Assembly (NCBI GenBank): GCA_013239625.1
Contig: MU054116.1
Coordinates: 207,890 to 271,889, forward strand
DNA length: 64,000 nucleotides
Reading direction: 5' to 3'
Origin: Lama guanicoe
Lineage: Eukaryota
The notes below the pieces were generated by a model, which ran no database searches, had not been told where the DNA came from, and saw only the letters and a list, made by a program, of their open reading frames with translations. Shown piece by piece: positions 1-13,018 of the stretch. Positions within the stretch are counted from its first letter, which is position 1. Each line of letters opens with the position of its first letter. Position numbers and translations under genes: made by a program.

Positions 1-229
1 TTCAGTTCAATCTCTTGGAAACCTAGTATGTGAAACTGACAAATTTGGCTCTACTAATAGAACAAAAATGAAAGCATGTAGGGTGACATGAGCTTGAAAA
101 TATGTTCCATACTTTAACCCTATGTCTTAGTCAATAATGAAGATAAGATGAAAACTATTTCTCAAGAATCAACAAACATATGACTTACTGTAGAGTACCT
201 GTCAAAATCCAAGCTCTAAATTTTAGTGT

Positions 230-702
230 TGTGGACAAAGAATGTCACCTGACATTTCAGTAAACAAAAGATGTTGCGGCCATCAAGCCATCAGCCATTG
301 TAGCCACCACAAAAAGTGTACCCAAAAGAGAATTTAGGATGGATAAAACAGGATACTGGCCCTAGACAGTTAAGGTGCATGTCAAAGGAATAATTTCAGT
401 GCACCCAGACTCTTGCATCTTCCCATTCACAAAAGGCACTGAAATGATTAACTTGAGATGTCTGCTTTTTGTGATTAGCAGTAATCCTTGATTACTGAAC
501 AGATACATGTTTGGGGGGGGTGTTTGTTTCTTTGTTTGTTTTGCCAGAAACTCCTATATATCCTGGCTTCTCCCTTACCTCTTTGGAACAGTTCCTCAGA
601 GCTATCTGAGAGGCTGTATCCTAGGATTATAGTCCTCAGTAAAGCCACTGAATAAAGCATAATTCTCAATTTTAAGTTGTGCTTTTTTTTTTCCAGTCAA
701 CA
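230..702 (+). mobile_element. Solo LTR, ERV1-like
   Basis: TG...CA termini (tgtggac...ccagtcaaca), TATA-like ctatata near 554, AATAAA at 651 followed by a T-rich U5, imperfect 4-bp TSD gtgt/atgt. Confidence 0.7.
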
Positions 703-1087
703 ATGTATTTATACCTAGCTGCTCTGAGGAAAAATAGCTAACATTCTTGGCTACATCCTAAAATTATTCCAAGATTGATTACTAAAATCATCATGAGAAA
801 AGAGGAAGATACTTATATTCATGTTTTTCTTAGAGATTACGACACAATTTGGTTTAAAAAATAGCTATCCAAGCTCTGCTTAAAACTAGGAGGTTAGGAC
901 AAATATGCACTTTATAGCAAGTAGATCTGAATGTTGTACTGTCAACCAAACATTTTCACATATAGTAATATTGGAAGTAGTGCTATAATGGAAGATATAA
1001 TGCAATATTTATTCCAAGATCACTCTGTATTTGCAGTCAAATAGTTGATTAATCCTGCAAATAAAAATGTGACATAGATACTACATA

Positions 1088-1720
1088 TGTAACCAAGCAG
1101 TACCCTGCAGAGCCTTCCTGGGACAGAGTCTTCTCCCCATGCCCTCTGCCTGCCTCTTCTTTGTAGAGAAGCTATAGTCTCCCTGCTTCCCCTGAGTCAC
1201 AAAAGCTCAAGAATTAATGATTGAAAGGATATGAACATGTAGTGACAAAAACAGCAGTTGTGTCAGGAACACTGGTAAGAATTTAAGCAGTAAATCAGCC
1301 CTATGGCAGTCACAGAATCTCCTCTTCCTCCCTGAAGTACCTAGGGAACAGTATCTGATACACATTTCCTGAGTTGTTTACAGATGCTAAAATTCCCACC
1401 AAATGGAAGAAATTAACTACCTGATGATCATGAGCACAGAGCCCCCAGACCTACAGAGCCTGAGGATTGATAATGTTAACCCACTCTGCTACCTCACCAT
1501 CAGCCAATCAGAGAACTGTACACAGGCTGATCACACACCTTGCAACTCCTCCCCTTACCTTGCCTTTTAAAAAAATGCTTCCCTGAACCCATCAGGTATT
1601 TGGCTCTTTTGAGCATGAGCCTCCCAGTTCTCCTTGCTGGGCCCTGCAATCAACCTTTCTCCACTCAAAACTCCGACACTTCAGCTGTGCATCAGGCACA
1701 TGAATGTGGGTCCGACGGCA
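1088..1720 (+). mobile_element. Solo LTR, ERV1-like
   Basis: Begins tgtaaccaagc and ends ...cggca; CCAAT at ~1504, tttaaaa TATA-like segment and degenerate poly(A) signal (aatcaa); typical U3-R-U5 layout. Confidence 0.65.
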
Positions 1721-1819
1721 TACTGAGGTAGACACTTACACCTAAAGCAGTCCAAGCTTTAGTCCAATTTACTCATTAGTAAATAATGGACACATTCTTG
1801 AAACTTACTGAAAATATAG

Positions 1820-3000
1820 TCACTATTAAGTTTTGCATCTGTATCTATTATATCGAGCCATTTCTTAACAGGTAGAACCATGAAACCACTTTCTGAATCC
1901 ATTCTAACGGAAGACACTAACCTGTAGAAGTAAATGATGTGGATTCTTTGGCACTAATTGGGGCCCAATCATTCATGTTAGCTGTAAGCAATTCTGGCAG
2001 CAGGGTATAGTTTCTAAATGCTATTTCCCACTGATAGGAACCAGGTCTTCTTGGAAAAAGTGTTTCCAGGTTAGGGGTGGGAAACACACAAAACAAGCCT
2101 GGAACATCTCTTTGGGTCACAAGAAAGGGAAACAAAACAAAACAAAACAAAAAAATGATATGAGGACAGAGGAGCCAATTTGGGTTCCACTTACTGGCCT
2201 AAAATGGGATGGTTTTATTATAAAAATATAGTAATTACTGTCATGGATTAATAGATATCAAATATATAAAGATTCATGAGTGTATAGGATTATAAAAGGA
2301 AATTAGTTGATGACCAGTGGAAGCTGCTAGGACATCAAATTACTACCCCCAGAACACTGATAAAGGAGGGAAGGAACCAAGCATTTAACCTAACTGTATA
2401 TGTTATATTTCAGGTAATCAAATTGTTTATCAAAAAAGTTATAAATTCACGGAATTACAAAAGAAAATAATGGTTTGAACCTCTTAATATAATAACGGAT
2501 CTAAACAATGCCTTAGTATAGGCTAAAAGCCATTTGTGAAACACTGATGGGGATTTATCAAGAGGTATCAGGCTGGTAATACCTGAACACACTGATCAAT
2601 CTAAGAATTACTAAAAGTAGATCCAGCAGACATTATAAGGCTCATGGTGTAATGCAATAGGAAGCATACAGTGTCACTCATCAACTATCCCTGCTAAAAA
2701 TGAATCTAAAGTTAATAATCAAATCTAGTTAGCATGTAAGAAGAAACTGAGTGATAACCAAGTGAGACCGTAAAGACATCAGTTAAATAATCAATGACAC
2801 TATACACTGAAATAACTTCATTTCGCCATCAAAATTGATGCTAGGGGTAAAAAATAAAAGGACTATATAGAAATACAAAAAAGCTGTAAGTAACATAACA
2901 ACCAAGTGTGATGTGGGGATTTTGATTCACATAGCTAATTGTGAAAAAAACAAACAAAAAACAAAACATTATATGAACCAGAGAAATATAAATGTTACTT
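1820..3000 (+). mobile_element. Old L1 (L1MC-like) 3' region, apparently resuming at ~4680-4850 beyond the ERV insertion
   Basis: A-rich degenerate sequence resembling L1MC 3' ends (gaaccaggtcttcttggaaaaag..., accaagtgtgatgtgggga...). Recognised by eye. Confidence 0.45.
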
Positions 3001-3104
3001 TGATCAATTTTATTTATATTTCTGACTGGTCATATAAGCACTTGACTTTCTTTAAGCCAACTACATAGAGCTATTTTATGAATTAATTTGGCAATACCAT
3101 ACAC

Positions 3105-4533
3105 CTGTGATACATGCACACACAACAGAGGTCTCGCAGGTTTTTATTAATATTTATGGAAGAGACAAGATTTTTATTTGTCTTTAACAAGTCAAGTTTC
3201 TGATTTTTACCCCCTTTTTCCAGATTTGCATTTTAAAAAAGATGGTGAGATCAGGGTTCCTGAAGAAGACCAGGTAGAATATTTGCATCTCAAAGACACT
3301 GAAGTTGGTAACTAACTGGAGTTTGACTAGTCTGTCAAGACTTTTCCTAAGGGACTGGCTGATGGAATTGAAACAGCACTGTCTATTTTGATCTTTCATG
3401 AACACACAACACAAAATTCAAACCTCGGCCGCAAATGGAAGCCTCAAAATTCAAAGCAGGCACAAGTCAAAATTCAAAGTCAAAACAACAGCTTCCTAGT
3501 TCCACTAAGCCCAAGAAGCCTATCCAGTTGGTGCCTATCAAACAGGAACTCTCTCAGGCAGGAAGAGCCCCATGAAACTGGGGACTCTCCTGCCTCAGGG
3601 AGACCCCGGACAGGGTCGAAGGCGCCTCGGTGGTTACGCGGAAACTTACCCTAGTCCTGGCTGAGGAGCCGTGGTGTCCCTAGCCGCGTTCTCTTCTCTC
3701 TCGAGTTTCTGAGCAGCCGCAGGGTCAGATCAAGATGGGAAAGAAGAAGGGAAAGACTCCTGACGCAAGGGGGCTTCAGCAGCTGCGGGGCCCCTTTTCC
3801 CCTGCTCTCCTCCTCCGGCCTCAGAGTCCCCGCCCTCAGTTACCGCAGCCGCGGTGGCTCACACACAGATGCGCTCCTCTCCTGTTCCGGATTATTTCGG
3901 ATTGTTTCGGATTGTTCCGGATTGCCCCGGAGATCTGGCCTCCTGGTCTCCCTGGACCCTCCGCTGTCCCAAGGGGAGGCTGGTACAGGCGTTGCCCTTT
4001 GGGTGACAGATCAAGCCGAGGTGTCCAGGGGTAGGAAAGAGGAAAGAGGATTCAAGTCCTATGCTGAGTTGCCAAAGTTGTTGCCACAAAACTGGCCTCT
4101 GCACCCGGAAACCCAGACTGAAACTCAGGGGCAGAACTGCGGGAGAAAAATAGCTCTATTGCTTTGCTAGGCAAAGGGAGTCACAGCAGGCTCATGCCTT
4201 AGAGACTGTGAACCCGTCTTGGGATTGGGGTCTTGAAGTTTTATAGAAAAAAATGAATGGATCAGAAAAGGTGGTAACAATCAACGGCACTTTACAGGGC
4301 TGCTACATTCCTTTTAACCTCAGCCTCACAGGGGAACTGAGGAGGGTCTGTCCATTCTTATGAGATTTTTGGCCCATTACTCTTTTCCTGGAGCATAGCC
4401 TCTGGGTCAAAACTATTGTAAAGAATGTAAGGGAGAAGTCTGGGGGTTGCTTAGCACAAACTGCAGGATTTCTTAGGAAGAATCAGCAAACAGTTTTAGC
4501 ATCAGAGAAGTTACTCCCTTGCCTAATCCTTCA
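3105..4533 (-). mobile_element. Truncated endogenous retrovirus: 5' LTR (4079-4533), PBS (~4057-4074) and CpG-rich leader; no recognisable gag/pol or 3' LTR
   Basis: On the minus strand the LTR starts TGAAGG and ends GGCAACA, with TATAAAA (~4240-4246) and degenerate AATAGA. It is followed by TGGCAACTCAGCATAGGAC (tRNA-Arg-like PBS) and a splice donor AGG|GTAAGT at ~3644-3652. Confidence 0.75.
3883..3930. repeat. 10-bp tandem repeat (ATTGTTYCGG) x ~4.8 in the ERV leader
   Basis: tgttccgg attatttcgg attgtttcgg attgttccgg attgccccgg, read directly. Confidence 0.85.
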
Positions 4534-5477
4534 TAAACACACTCTGAATATGAGCATCTATTGTGATGTATTCACAAAATTGGTACATGGGACAATGGCA
4601 TGCTGGTGGGTATAAAGATAATTTTCTTATCAGCTCAATTTACCTACTGATAAACTTGTGGATGAAATAAAATGAATTTATAGGTGAAATGCTATAAGGC
4701 AAAATGAAAGTCAAAAAATAAAAGATCAGAGGGTGACAGAGAAAAATAACTTTAATATGTTGATAATTATGGAATCCAGACAATGGGTATATGCCTGTTA
4801 ATTAGTATGTCTTGTCTCCTTTTGTGAATGTTGAAAAATGCCACTTGAGAATTGTTTAAGAACCTAGATGACTAAATAATTTTCTGCAAAATGTGTCTAC
4901 TTGTTGAGACCGAGATGACATCACTACTCATGACGGGTGACCTGTAAGACAAGCCCCGCTGCCCTCTTCCCTCCGTCTGCCACTGAGTGAGCTCATGAGG
5001 GCCAGCTGTCCTCGCCTAATGACTTCAGAAATAGCTGACTTCTAACATGGCACGTAAATTAAGCCAGCTTAAGGATGCTCTCTCATCTTAGCCATCTTCT
5101 TCAATCTACATTTATCGTGAATAAAGCAACTATTTTTACTTACCTGACTCAATTTTTTTGGAACTCATATGGAGGAAGTATGGGATTAAATAATACCAAT
5201 TAGCAGCCATGTTATCATTTAGAAAACTAATACCATGGGTACTGCTTACATATAAGACCAAGCTGTGAGCCCAGAGGGTAAACCACACTTGTGTAGAAAA
5301 TGATGTTGCACCCTTGATTTAAACAAGTCAGAAATCAGTGGTGTGACCACAGTTCTATAAACTGGTATCACTGAAGACTTGCTATTCAGATGGTAAACAC
5401 TACACCCTTCATCTTAGCCATGGAGATAGCAACTCTCACATGGAGGAAATAACACAAAGACTAAATCTTAACTAAAA

Positions 5478-5498
5478 TGTGTGTGTGTGTGTGTGTGT
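5478..5498. repeat. (TG)n microsatellite
   Basis: Read directly. Confidence 0.9.
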
Positions 5499-5725
5499 AT
5501 CCTAGATTTAAATGGATGGATGAGTAGCCTGGGTTATGGCAGAATCACAAAATCAGAGAAGCTAAATATTTTAGAAATCTGAGGTTAAACTGTAGCCATA
5601 GGGTTAGGACACCTGCTCAAATGCTTTTTTCGGCTTGAAATCTAGAAGGCCACTGAACATTTGTGGTCCCAGATGGGGACTGAACTTGGAGAACCTCTCT
5701 CTAAAGCACTCTTAGATTTTGAGAA

Positions 5726-5820
5726 TATGTGTATGTTCAAGTATAACTGAAAAATTCTGCTCTACACTGGAAATTGACTCAACATTGTAAACTGACTATA
5801 ACTCAATAAAATAAAATAAA
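5726..5820 (+). mobile_element. 5'-truncated young L1 3' end
   Basis: L1 3' terminus (...acactggaaattgactcaacattgtaaactgactataactcaataaa) with A-rich tail, flanked by a perfect 12-bp TSD AGATTTTGAGAA (5714-5725 and 5821-5832). Confidence 0.8.
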
Positions 5821-7885
5821 AGATTTTGAGAAATTCCTGCAGGACCTTCTAGTGTCTCAGTGGACTCACATGAGAAGTCTTTGTCATAGGAGAACAGATG
5901 ATCAGCGCCAAGAAAGTTCCTAGAGCCAGGCTTTTCTCAATGAGGTTGAAAATTCAAATTACAGACCACTTTTTCTTTTTCCCTCTTTTCTTGCTTTTGC
6001 TTCTTTTTTCAGTTTCTCTTGCTCTTCAAGTCTGTATGTTGCTAATCTGGTTTTTTAATTTAGGTTATAGTTTTTATAGGATATTAACCCATTATAATAA
6101 TTAATACCATTTATTATTACCACAGTATTAATACTATATGTGTATAAAAGCTCTTCATTTTATCTTTGTATTTTGTTTATGTTACCTATCTTACTTAATT
6201 TTAGTACTGACAGATATTTCTTGGGCTGCTCCTTGAAATCCTCTTGATGCCTCTGGAGAAGTAGATCTATCAACATGAATAACTACTTCCATTTAAAATC
6301 AGTTAAACTAGTTTTGATCCTAGATATGTCACTTGCTAGCAATAGTTCACTTTTTTAAACTTTTATTTCCCCACATTTTTCCAGTGTAAATTATGACTAT
6401 AAATCACTTGTAATTTTCAGGTTTATCAGTATGTGAATTTTTAATCAGTGTTGATTTTACTCTATTTCATTCAGATATATAAAAATAGACATTTTAACAG
6501 GGTAGTTCTTTCACCTTTGGTTCACAGATTAATGCCAAATGTTACTTTGTATTTTTTAATCTTCACATAAAAATTCTCATTTTTCATTATCAGAAATATC
6601 AAAGCACCATGTTGAAAGATTATCTATTGCATAACCAATGTTTGTCTAGGTGCCAGGTATAAAGCATCCTACAGTGTGGCATATAAGACAGACTTCTCCA
6701 AGGCACTGACCATGTAGAGTAGAATCAGGACAAGTAAGCATGAAATTGGAGTTTGGAAAGAGACATGAGAGCAGCAGATAAGTGAGGACAAAGGGGTGGA
6801 TGAGTACGACTAATCCAGGGCTCAGTGGTAGTGTTGGTGGAGGAGTAGGAATAAGGTCAGCAAAAGATTCCTTGTGTGAATGCCACATAAACTGGAGGAC
6901 CCTGAGATCGGGTAGATGAAATGAGTGGAAAGTTTCTGTCTACAGGGCCCATGAGATGATCAGTAGCCTCAAGTAAGAGAGCAAGGATCAAAGGAAGTTT
7001 AAATATGCTGGACTACAGAAGTTCAAGTTGGTGAAGAATTTAATAAGTAACTAACTGCAGATCTTTCTTTGAAGAGTTATCAGTAGGTACATATTTTAAA
7101 TTCTTGAAATGACTGAAGTTTTCATTTTTAAAATGCAATTCATTTAATTGAGACTTGTAGTCATATAATATTCTGTTTTCTTTACTCCACCTCCTGCATA
7201 TTTGGCTTCCTGGTTATTTATTTATCACTCTTCTAGCCCTATGGCTTTGCTTAGACTTGCTGCCACCTGTTTGCAATTTAGCACATTTATTGGTATATTG
7301 GTATCAATCTGTTACATGCAATTTCAATACAGATTTTAATCCTTTAACAGGAATCATCAATGCATTTCTCTCTTGATTTTAATTTAAGCCATGTTTCACT
7401 GGCGATTTTTAAATAACTTCTATATTGACTTGGATCCATTCAATAAATATGTAAGTTATAATTTTAAAGCTTTGTCAGCAGTAAATACTTTTTTGAAATC
7501 CTAAATCTTTATACTTATTCCTAGTTTTAAAATACATTTTGGGATTTTGAGAATATTTTCCTTGCTACACTTAGAGATAGTATTCTTTCTAATACTTTTT
7601 CTCTTTGTTTTGTTTTAGGTGTTTTTTTCTTTTTGAGGACTGATGTGCAATCCTTTCAGCAAGTGGAAAGGAAAGGTTGAGAGTAAGGTCATTCTTAGAT
7701 ATCCTGAAACAACTGTTTTCATTTTTTATAAGGGCTATAATTCTCAAAGAGGTTCATGTATAGGGGATAACAGTGGTGACTTGATCAGGGTCAGTACAGA
7801 ATAAGAGACCAAATCTAGCTCAGGAAGAGACAAAATAGGATAGACTCAAAGACACTTGCTTAGGGATCCTGACTTCAGCATTCCC

Positions 7886-8821
7886 CTACTTCTTTGAGAG
7901 CAATATAATTCTTTTGACTAAGTCATTAAAGGCTTGTTTGACTTGTTTGTTCCTCAGACTGTAAATAAATGGGTTTAACATGGGGGAAATGGAAGTAGTG
8001 AGTATCGTTACTCTCTTATTAATGGTCGTTTCATATTTTGATGAAGGTTTGATGTAGACAAAGATGCAACTGCCACAGGTGATAGAAACCACAATAATGT
8101 GGGAAGAACAGGTGGAAAAAGCTTTTGTCCTTTGCTGGGCAGAAGGGAACCTTAGAATTGTTCTGATGATATACATGTAGGACAGAACCACACACAAGAG
8201 AGTCATAAGAAAGATCAACACAGAGCCAAAAATAACCATCTGCTCAATGAACCATGTATCTGAGCATGAAACCTTCAGGAGTGGATTAACATCACAGAAA
8301 TAGTGATCGATGTTAGAGTCACAGAATTCCAGGTCCAGTCCCAAGCTAAGTGGTGGGAATATAATCAACAGAGTGGTCATCCAACAGCAGAAGATAAGCA
8401 TTTTGCAGACCCTGTGGTTCATGATGGTCATGTAATGCAGGGGTTTGCAGATGGCTATGTAGCGATCAAAGGACATGGCGGCCAAGAGAAAAAATTCTGT
8501 TACTCCAAACACGTAAGTAAAAAATAGTTGGCTTATACAAGCATTATAGGTAATGGTCCTGTCACCTGTTGATACACTGTACAAGAATCTGGGAATACAG
8601 GCAGAAGTGAATGAGATTTCTAAGAAGGAGAAATTTTGTAGAAAAAAGTACATTGCAGTTTTAAGATGGGAATCCACTAATATGAGGATGATGATGGTCA
8701 GATTTCCAGTTACACTCAACATGTAGGTGATAAGTAGAAATACAAAAACCAGAATCTGCAGCTGTGGGTCATCTGTTAGTCCCAGGAGGATGAATGTGGT
8801 TACTGCTGTGTGGTTTCTCAT
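7886..8821 (-). CDS. Olfactory receptor, OR6C subfamily (OR6C2/OR6C68-like), intact, 311 aa
   Basis: N-glycan sequon [57 protein letters not shown]; seven hydrophobic segments. Candidate upstream acceptor TTCTCAG|ATCT at 8875-8876. Confidence 0.95.
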   Translation of the reverse strand: MRNHTAVTTFILLGLTDDPQLQILVFVFLLITYMLSVTGNLTIIILILVDSHLKTAMYFFLQNFSFLEISFTSACIPRFLYSVSTGDRTITYNACISQLFFTYVFGVTEFFLLAAMSFDRYIAICKPLHYMTIMNHRVCKMLIFCCWMTTLLIIFPPLSLGLDLEFCDSNIDHYFCDVNPLLKVSCSDTWFIEQMVIFGSVLIFLMTLLCVVLSYMYIIRTILRFPSAQQRTKAFSTCSSHIIVVSITCGSCIFVYIKPSSKYETTINKRVTILTTSISPMLNPFIYSLRNKQVKQAFNDLVKRIILLSKK

Positions 8822-9086
8822 TCCTGGCTCCTGACTTCCTCCCAGTCTGTGTGTAAAACTGAGGGAGGTAAGATCTGAGAAGAGGGTGAGAGAAATGTTT
8901 TACAATGAAGTTTGTTTAGAAAAGGCAAGTGATGTATCCTGTTTTACTTGATAATAAATATTTGTAAATAATTCGTGCTGTCAACTGTTGACATGTCATT
9001 TGATAGGTTAGAAACTTGTCTTTCAAGCATTTTTGACCACAATATATGGTAAGATACACAGTTTATATTGCAGTCCAGTATACATG

Positions 9087-9108
9087 CACACACACACACA
9101 CACACACA
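9087..9108. repeat. (CA)n microsatellite
   Basis: Read directly. Confidence 0.9.
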
Positions 9109-10114
9109 TACTTACATATATCTGAAACAAAAGTTTCAATAAAATGCTAACCCTTAGATGCCCTGCTCTCTGATGTTTTCTATAGAATCTATAAAAATAC
9201 TGAATCTCTATGCTGTACACCTGAAACTAATATAATATTGTAAGTCAACCATAGTTCAATTTTAAAATAAATACTAATATCACCGAATTGGTTTTATAGT
9301 CTACTAAACAGTCATAACCTGCATTTGAAAAAAATATTTAATTTTGGGGAAATCTTTAAATAATATAGTCCAAATAAAACATAGTTTTTTCCATGATTTT
9401 TTTTAAATGTATGCTATTCTTTTAGTTTATACATTCAAATAGATTTTTTCAGAGCACACTTGTTCCCTTAGTAGCAGTGAAATCATGAACTTAGGGTATC
9501 CGTTTTTCCTAAGAATTTTTCCCTTATTACTAACTGAAATTTTACACAGTTTAATTGTCTACTTAAAGCTTTTTTTTCCTGGATAAATTGAAAACCCATA
9601 AGGGTTTCTGTATCCATTTGCCAAAGCAGTTGAGGGCTCTGTTCTACTGCCGTGATGAAATTTATGCTTAATCTACAAAGGACAACTCCTGTATTAAACA
9701 CTCCTTTTCTACATCTTTCCCACGGCTTTCTCGGTTTGCTTATGTCTTGTGTCATTTTCACTGAGTGTCCAATTTGGCACTCAATACAAAGAGCACTTTG
9801 ACACATACCGAATTTACTAAATGAAAAAAATGTTCTGTACACACTGAAGAATATTATTCTTAATCTTTATATTTCAACCAGAGATGTGTCTGACTGAAAC
9901 ACTCAGACTCTTTGTTATCAAGTCACTGATGTTCTCATCAGCTCTGTAAGTATTAAATACATTCGCCAATCTGACTTCCATCCTTAGTTTCTAATAATTT
10001 TTCTCTTAAATCTGGACTTCCACCGCTTTTGGTATGGCTTCTGAACAAACCACTCCACTGAAACTACACTTGACAATATTTTTTTGTTTCTAAATGTTTA
10101 CTATAAAAACAGTT

Positions 10115-10480
10115 CTTTTTTAAATAGAAGTTAAGTTGATTTACAATGTTGTGTTAGTTTCTGGTGTACAGCATAGTGACCCAGTTATATATATATAACT
10201 GCTCTTTTAGAGCAGTTTCAGGTTCACAACAGAATTGAGCAGAAAATACAGAGTTTGCACACAGCCCTCTCCACCCACACATATATACTCCCCTGCCCTC
10301 CACATCCCTCATCAGTGTGGCATGTTTGGTACAATCGATGAACCAGCATGGGCACATTATTATCAACCAAAGTCCGCAGTTTACATTAGGGTTCACTCTT
10401 GATGTTGTACGTTCTATGGGCTTTGACAAAAGCTAATGACATGTAGCCACCACTATAGTCTCATACAGAATAATTTCATT
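10115..10480 (-). mobile_element. L1 3'-end fragments (short younger terminus abutting an older L1MB/MC-type 3' end)
   Basis: gttgatttacaatgttgtgttagtttctggtgtacagcatagtg followed by ttagggttcactcttgatgttgtacgttctatggg; a similar older segment lies on + at ~29810-30020. Confidence 0.7.
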
Positions 10481-13018
10481 CGTTTTCATAATAGGTTATC
10501 ACCACTTGGCCGTTTCAGTTGAAACTTGGCTGTTATTTCTTTAAGTTTCAATGGCACTTTTTATTGCATCTGGCACTGTCAATCACTCCTTCTACATATG
10601 TTGTTCTAGACACACTACTGCACAATATCCACACTCCTGGGACTGGTTTGGCCCTTCTGGCCTCTCCTGTACAGGTATCTCCTCCCCTCTTCATCTTTAT
10701 GACATAGACATTGCTCACACTGAACTCTCTTCTCTGCTTACCTCTGTGTTCTTCCTGGAAATTGATTAAATCGCATAACTTCAATTTGTCATTTAAAATT
10801 TGATCATTTTTCAATATTGCATCTTTGACATGATCTCTTTAAATGTTAAACATCTTCACCTGGCAATTTCACACTCCCTCTAAGTGAACACGTTCATAAT
10901 GGACTGCTTCCTCAGCCGCATCGCTGTTAGCCCCTTGCTCGGCTCCTTGTTCTCTGTACTAAAACCAAAAGCCAACATGGATTGTTCTATAGCTACAACT
11001 GAGATCAAGCTATCATTCTCTTAGTGTAACCCTATCTTGAGACTCTACTGACACTGCAGGTACTTACACTTACATTTGCTGTTGCCCTGACTCAAACACG
11101 GGGAAGTTTTGTTAGTTAATTGCTTAGTTAGTTTTGTGATATTGGAGTTAAGAAGAGTGGCTCTAAAACACAGCATAGTGAGAGTCAGTTATCGTCACCC
11201 CATGCGGATGACCTGTCTGGAAAGTATTTTCATCTAACCGTTTGTGCTTTCCCCTCCTCCTGACTCCATCATTTGCTGATTCTAACCTACATCTGGGATC
11301 TACTGACTTCTTCCTTTGTTTTCTGTTTAGACTCTTCAGAGGAGTCTTCAGATCTTCCCAACCGCAGTTAAGACCTTTACGTGTTTTCTCACACTCCGCT
11401 TAACGAGGATTTTTTGCAAAATTATTGGGAGCAGGATTTTCATCTCATTTAATGTAAGAACTACAGAACCGAAGGAATCTGAGATAGAGAATTCTAGATC
11501 ATATTTACCCCCAGACTTTTATATTGCTTAATATATGGACTCAATTTTAAAACTACTCTGACACCTCTTACTCTTGCCATATCCCTGACTCTAAATCCAG
11601 GGATTCTTGTTGGCTTTTATATTTTGTGGAGGAAATGATCTAAGGGGCTCTTCAATTACACTACAACCAGCACATATTTAAAACCTGCCTTAAGGCCAAA
11701 AGGTGTCAGTGTTCAGCAGAGAAATAGCTTTCCTTTTATGATTTCTATGCCTTCTTCCTCAATACACCTGTCACAAACATATTAACATCGGAAATCAAGG
11801 ACTCTGAAGTTCCATATTTGGACCAAACGGCTGCTCTGTGGCTGTTCCTCAACCAACACCAAGCAAACACACTGACATCTGCTGAAATGATTTGACTCTC
11901 CAATTTTTGCTCAAGGCCATCGATACATTTTTTTAAAAACATAACTTCTTTTAGAAATTCCAATTAACTGGCTGGGTGAAGGTGTCACTTACATGCTTTA
12001 AAATATCCCTTTCCTGCAGAAGTGGGAGATTCTCACGTGCCCATTTCCCACAATAAATCTCCCAGAGTTTACAGGCCCTGTTAAGGAGATGGAGCCTGTT
12101 TTAAAACATGTCTGGGGATGAGCTGGGGGCTCTCCCAAGTATGTGAGCATCCCACAAGTCACAATAAATTAAACAAATATAAACAATAGATTAAATCATT
12201 AGAATAATTGCATAGACTAACAGACTCAAGATATAGAAGAGGATTACATATACTGCCCACCTGCCTCTCTTTTCTTCAGTCTTGAGACATCCAGTGGGTG
12301 CCTTACACAACTCCAGAAACTTCAGACCCTTTCCTTGCTCCAAATAGCTTGAAAAATAAATTGACCTTATTGTTTGACTGAGATCTGTTTACTCCTCTTG
12401 CTTTTAGAGAACTAAACATTTTAAAAAGTGCAAGGATCTTAATTATAGCAGCAGATAATTTCCAATTCATTGAAGTCCTTCCTTCCACCTATTTTTAGGT
12501 TGCCTGATATTTATTAATGCCCAAGCCCAGCCTTATCAGTATCCTCAATCAATTCACAATTACGAACTCTGGTTTCTGGTGATCAAAATTCAATTAACTA
12601 TGCATAGCTCTCTAATTTTGGTAAAACGTATCAAACTCTTTCTAAGAGATAATAATTTTCTAAGTCTGTCAAAGGCCACAAACATAATGGTTTCTGCTAG
12701 CTATTTATCCCTGAGCATCCAAAGGATTAGAAGGAAGATGGTTATGTTTGCATAGGCTTATGTGTGGACTCCTGGTCACTCCTACCCATGGACCCATACT
12801 CACCTCACAGGCAGCTCTGGGATGGCTCCAATTTGTCTAATCCTTCCATTTCTAACTTGTGGCCAAGACTTTCCTATCAAGGCATCTGTGTTACTTTGAA
12901 AGGTAATTACTACTCTGACGTCTGGAGGAAAATCAGGAACTCTCTCCAGTTCGGATACATGATATTTGAAACTTCCTAGACAAAATGAGAACTTCTGACA
13001 GTAATAAGATTGATGTTT

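Noticed and set aside
3388..4170. Overlapping 70-99 aa ORFs in the GC-rich region
   Set aside because: They lie in an ERV leader/LTR, show no gag or other domain motifs, and are expected from GC content.
8303..8527. Antisense or alternate-frame ORFs within OR genes (also 30784-31008, 31116-31457, 52705-52959)
   Set aside because: Shadow frames of OR coding sequence; their mutual similarity reflects OR paralogy.
12020..12200. Possible H-element/Greek-island-type OR enhancer
   Set aside because: Only weak partial O/E-like matches and no AACTTTTTAATGA core or clear composite motif; it cannot be supported by eye.
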